A DNA stretch of 10,909 bases from Octopus sinensis (lineage: Eukaryota), in NCBI RefSeq assembly GCF_006345805.1, contig NW_021827276.1:1-10909 (forward strand). The letters are read 5' to 3'. Position 1 is the first letter of the stretch. Each line of letters opens with the position of its first letter. The notes under the pieces were generated by a model. The model saw only the letters and a program-made list of their open reading frames with translations. It was not told where the DNA came from and ran no database searches. The translations under genes and the position numbers were made by a program. Below are positions 7,496-10,909 of this stretch, piece by piece.

Positions 7496-7547
<52 letters not shown>
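7302..7547. repeat. (TCTA)n/(TCTG)n tetranucleotide array (GATA/GACA on the minus strand)
   Basis: Alternating TCTA and TCTG blocks over about 245 bp. Confidence 0.95.
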
Positions 7548-7548
<1 letters not shown>

Positions 7549-8149
7549 ATATACATGTGTGTTTCTTTCACTGTGTGCGTGTGTGTGTGGTTATATATAT
7601 ATATATATTATACGTTTAAATATTTGTTGTGCAAGATTTTTTATGTGAAGTCGTGTGTTGAAACAGATATTGTTAATATTTCGAATGGTCATTTTGCCAG
7701 TTTAGCCAATAAAACACACCACGCACTTATATTTGGGGTTACTTTGCTTCAGTGTTATTTATTTTTTACATTAATCTTAATCTTATTTCGGCCGAGTTCT
7801 TTCGTCACACTCCTGTGACCGCATCAGTGGTCCTTTGTTTTCTTCTCACTTATTTGTGTCTCTCCTTACTAACCGTTATATAACATGAACAAAGAGAAAA
7901 CGCAACAACGCGAGGACGTGGAACAAGTATAGTGTTATTATACGCTCGGGAAAGGAAAGAAAGAAGGAGGATTTAACGTTTTGAGCGGAGCTCTTCGTTA
8001 GAAACATAGAAAAAGGAAAGGTCGAAGGAAGGGAAGACCGAGAAAGAAAATCGCCAACGATACACACGCGGCCACATATTGAAATGACCGTAAGAAAATG
8101 GGTGAAAAAAGGTTCTTTCAAAGACAGGGGAGTGCAAGAGAAGGAGGTA

Positions 8150-8217
8150 TGTGTGGGTATGTGCGTGCGCGCAGGTGTGTGTGTGTGTGTTATGATAGCA
8201 CGTGTATCTATGTATGT

Positions 8218-8252
<35 letters not shown>
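8150..8252. repeat. Interrupted (GT)n microsatellite
   Basis: Seen directly. Confidence 0.88.
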
Positions 8253-8254
<2 letters not shown>

Positions 8255-8344
8255 GTTGTGGCTGTTTTTCTATGTGCTTGGTTGGGCTTAGCATCGTTTC
8301 GGTCAGCAACATCAGCAGCAGCTCAACCATAACCAAAGTGAGCA

Positions 8345-8790
8345 CCTCCACCACGACCTCCACCACTACCACCCTCATCACCACCACCACCACAACCACT
8401 AACACCACCACAACCACCATCGCTGTCACCGCTACCGCCCCCACCACGACCTCCACCATCACCACAACGACGACGACCGACGACCACCACCACCACCACC
8501 ACCACCACTACCACTACCACCACCACAATCACCACCATCACCACCACCACCACCACCACAATCACCACTACCACCACCACCACCATCGCTGTCACCGCTA
8601 CCGCTCCACCGCCACCACCACAACCACCATCGCTGTCACCGCTACCGCCCCCACCACGACCTCCACCATCACCACAACGACGACGACGACGACGACGACC
8701 ACCACACCACCACCACCATCACCACCACCACCACCACCACCACAACCACCACCATCACCATCACCACCACCACCAACCACCACCACAATC
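8345..8790. repeat. (CAC)n-based low-complexity array with an exact 75-bp internal duplication
   Basis: 8403-8477 is identical to 8613-8687; a third partial copy lies at 8580-8604. Confidence 0.92.
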
Positions 8791-9093
8791 ATCACTATCG
8801 GACTGCATCCATCGCCCGCAGCAAACCCTAGAAGAGCGCCGCAAGTACTACAGCAGCAACATCAGCAGATCTGTTGCAACCACCACAAGGCACCGTAACC
8901 CTTTATAACCAGTTATAACCACTATCACAACTAGCACCCAAACACAAATCAACAAGGCCTCCACCAGCACAACACCCGCTCTTACAGTCGCCATTTATTT
9001 TCCCGCGCTTCGAAATCGTTAATTCCCGTGGAATATTGGAACCCCCACACCCAACCCTACCATCGCCGATTAATCAATGAATCAATCCAGCCG

Positions 9094-9535
9094 TACACAC
9101 ACACACACACACACACACAGATACACACACACACATACACAAACACGCACACATACACACACACATTCATACACACATACACACACATATTAACACACAT
9201 AAACGCGCACACATACACACACACATACACACACACACATACACATATATTAACACACACAAACACGCACACATACACACACACATACACACACACATAC
9301 ACACACACATTCATACACACATACACACATATATTAACACACATAAACGCGCACACATACACACACACACATACACACACATATTCACACACACACACAC
9401 ACACAAAAACACATCTTCGAACACGCACATATACACACAAATACACACACATACACGCATGCACACATATAGACACACACAAACACATACACACACATAC
9501 GCGTGTGCTCACACACATATACGCACATAGATATG
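9094..9535. repeat. (CA)n-derived minisatellite with ~60-bp higher-order units
   Basis: The marker AAAC(A/G)CGCACACATACAC recurs at 9141, 9201, 9261 and 9345. Confidence 0.92.
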
Positions 9536-9612
9536 CGCATATCTATCGTCATCATCATCATCATCAATAACGCCACTAGCAACATCACCACGGACGACAT
9601 AATTCGTCGATA

Positions 9613-9638
9613 TTACTACTACTACTACTACTACTACA

Positions 9639-9671
<33 letters not shown>

Positions 9672-9738
9672 GCTGCTGCTAGTACAACTACTACAACTAC
9701 TACTGCTGCTTCTGCTGCTGCTTCTGCTGCTGCTACTA

Positions 9739-9799
<61 letters not shown>

Positions 9800-9849
9800 A
9801 ACTAGTACTGCTGCTTCTGTTGCTACTACTACCACTACTACTACTGCTG

Positions 9850-9886
<37 letters not shown>

Positions 9887-9892
9887 AACTAG

Positions 9893-9929
<37 letters not shown>

Positions 9930-9986
9930 GTGCTGCTGCTAGTACAACTACTACAACTACTACTGCTGCTTCTGCTGCTGCTACTA

Positions 9987-10018
<32 letters not shown>

Positions 10019-10088
10019 ACTACCACTACTACTACAACTAGTACTGCTGCTTCTGTTGCTACTACTACCACTACTACTACTGCTGCTG

Positions 10089-10122
<34 letters not shown>

Positions 10123-10141
10123 AACTACTACTTCTACTACT
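9613..10141. repeat. Compound (ACT)n/(GCT)n array with a 260-bp tandem duplication
   Basis: TGCTGCTGCTAGTACAACTACTACAAC starts at both 9671 and 9931, and the downstream markers follow in the same order. Confidence 0.95.
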
Positions 10142-10199
10142 AAGCCCATTGTCATCAGTACTACCACTTCTTCGACAACCTCTACAGTCTAAATCATTT

Positions 10200-10439
10200 C
10201 TATCGTCAACACTATTAGCACTACTACCTATACCATCACCACCATCACCACTGCCACCACAACCCGCCTCCATCACAAAACATTTCCTATCACCAGAGCC
10301 AGTACCACTCCCACTGGAACCTGTACTGGCGCCACCACCACCACCACTACCACAGCCCGCCACCACTGCCACCGCTACTACTACTACGACGATTACCGTC
10401 GCCGCCACCACCACCACCACCACCACCAACCAACCACCT

Positions 10440-10480
<41 letters not shown>

Positions 10481-10488
10481 TCTCTCCC
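10200..10488. repeat. Degenerate (ACC)n low-complexity tract followed by a (CT)n microsatellite
   Basis: ACC/ACT-rich tract, then a CT run at about 10445-10487. Confidence 0.85.
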
Positions 10489-10510
10489 TAACCAGACTCC
10501 ATCCATCCAT

Positions 10511-10568
10511 CCAGCAGTGTGACATGACATCTTCAAGTCGCTTATGTCGATGTCACACTGACATCTGG
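10511..10568. other. Imperfect inverted repeat (hairpin)
   Basis: CAGTGTGACAT (10515-10525) pairs with ATGTCACACTG (10550-10560), GACAT with ATGTC, and CCAG with CTGG; 13-nt loop. Confidence 0.8.
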
Positions 10569-10569
10569 C

Positions 10570-10909
10570 TTTGATCTTTCATTCCTTTGCTGTCTTTGTT
10601 GTTGTTGTTGTTATTATTATTATTATTATTATTATTACGTGATTGATTGGTTCTTCAACTTCTTTCTTCCTCGCTTTCTTATTTTCACTCATTCTTTCTT
10701 CTCTCCGCTTTCTTTTCTTTCTTTTCTTTAATTCTCTTTCGGTTTTACCTTCGTTTCTTTCATTCTTTCATTTTATTTTACACTTTGTTTCTTTTCTTTT
10801 CTTCTGTATTTAATTCATTCATTCATCCATTCTTTCTTTCGTTTTTTTCTTTCGTCCTTTCATTCTCCTTTTCTTTGTTTCCTTTCTTCTTTCTTTCTTT
10901 CTTTCTTTC
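10570..10909. repeat. (TTG)n(TTA)n microsatellite followed by a degenerate TTTC/TTC pyrimidine-rich tract
   Basis: The plus strand is mostly T and C to the end of the window. Confidence 0.88.

Noticed and set aside
6986-7648. 220-aa ORF with LSIY/LSVC repeats
   Set aside because: It is mostly a translation of TCTA/TCTG and TG repeats.
8002-8082. AT-hook-like peptide KHRKRKGRRKGRPRKK
   Set aside because: The frame is bounded by stops at 7999-8001 and 8080-8082, has no start or donor, and is explained by A/G-rich composition.
6112-10141. Regularly spaced repeats as a CRISPR array
   Set aside because: There are no constant repeats with unique spacers and no cas genes, and the context is eukaryotic.
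9509-10574. 338-aa (-) poly-Ser/Val ORF and 214-aa (+) poly-Leu ORF
   Set aside because: They are made of GA, GGT and AGT/AGC repeats, and their length reflects the lack of stops in those repeats.

Overview
Eukaryotic, non-coding (intronic or intergenic), very repeat-dense window. I cannot support any protein-coding gene, RNA gene or CRISPR array. The left part (about 570-6060) holds nine copies or relics of two tRNA-derived SINE families (five 'family A', four 'family B'), several long (TA)n-rich arrays, and a 60-bp sequence present twice in inverted orientation about 3.9 kb apart. The right part (about 6100-10909) has no SINE I can recognise. It is built from compound microsatellites (ACT/GCT, TCTA/TCTG, CAC, CA, TTTC), several with higher-order duplications. 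From memory, both SINE families match abundant octopus (coleoid cephalopod) SINEs, so an Octopus origin is likely, but I could not verify this by search. Almost all ORFs in the supplied track are translations of simple repeats or antisense SINEs. The best leads are a pre-miRNA-like hairpin rich in TGACA motifs (10511-10568), the 60-bp inverted pair (1042-1101 / 4978-5038), Thr/Ala-rich frames hidden in the trinucleotide arrays (one ending in a hydrophobic tail), and inverted SINE pairs that could be ADAR substrates. All are hypotheses; no new biological system is demonstrated.
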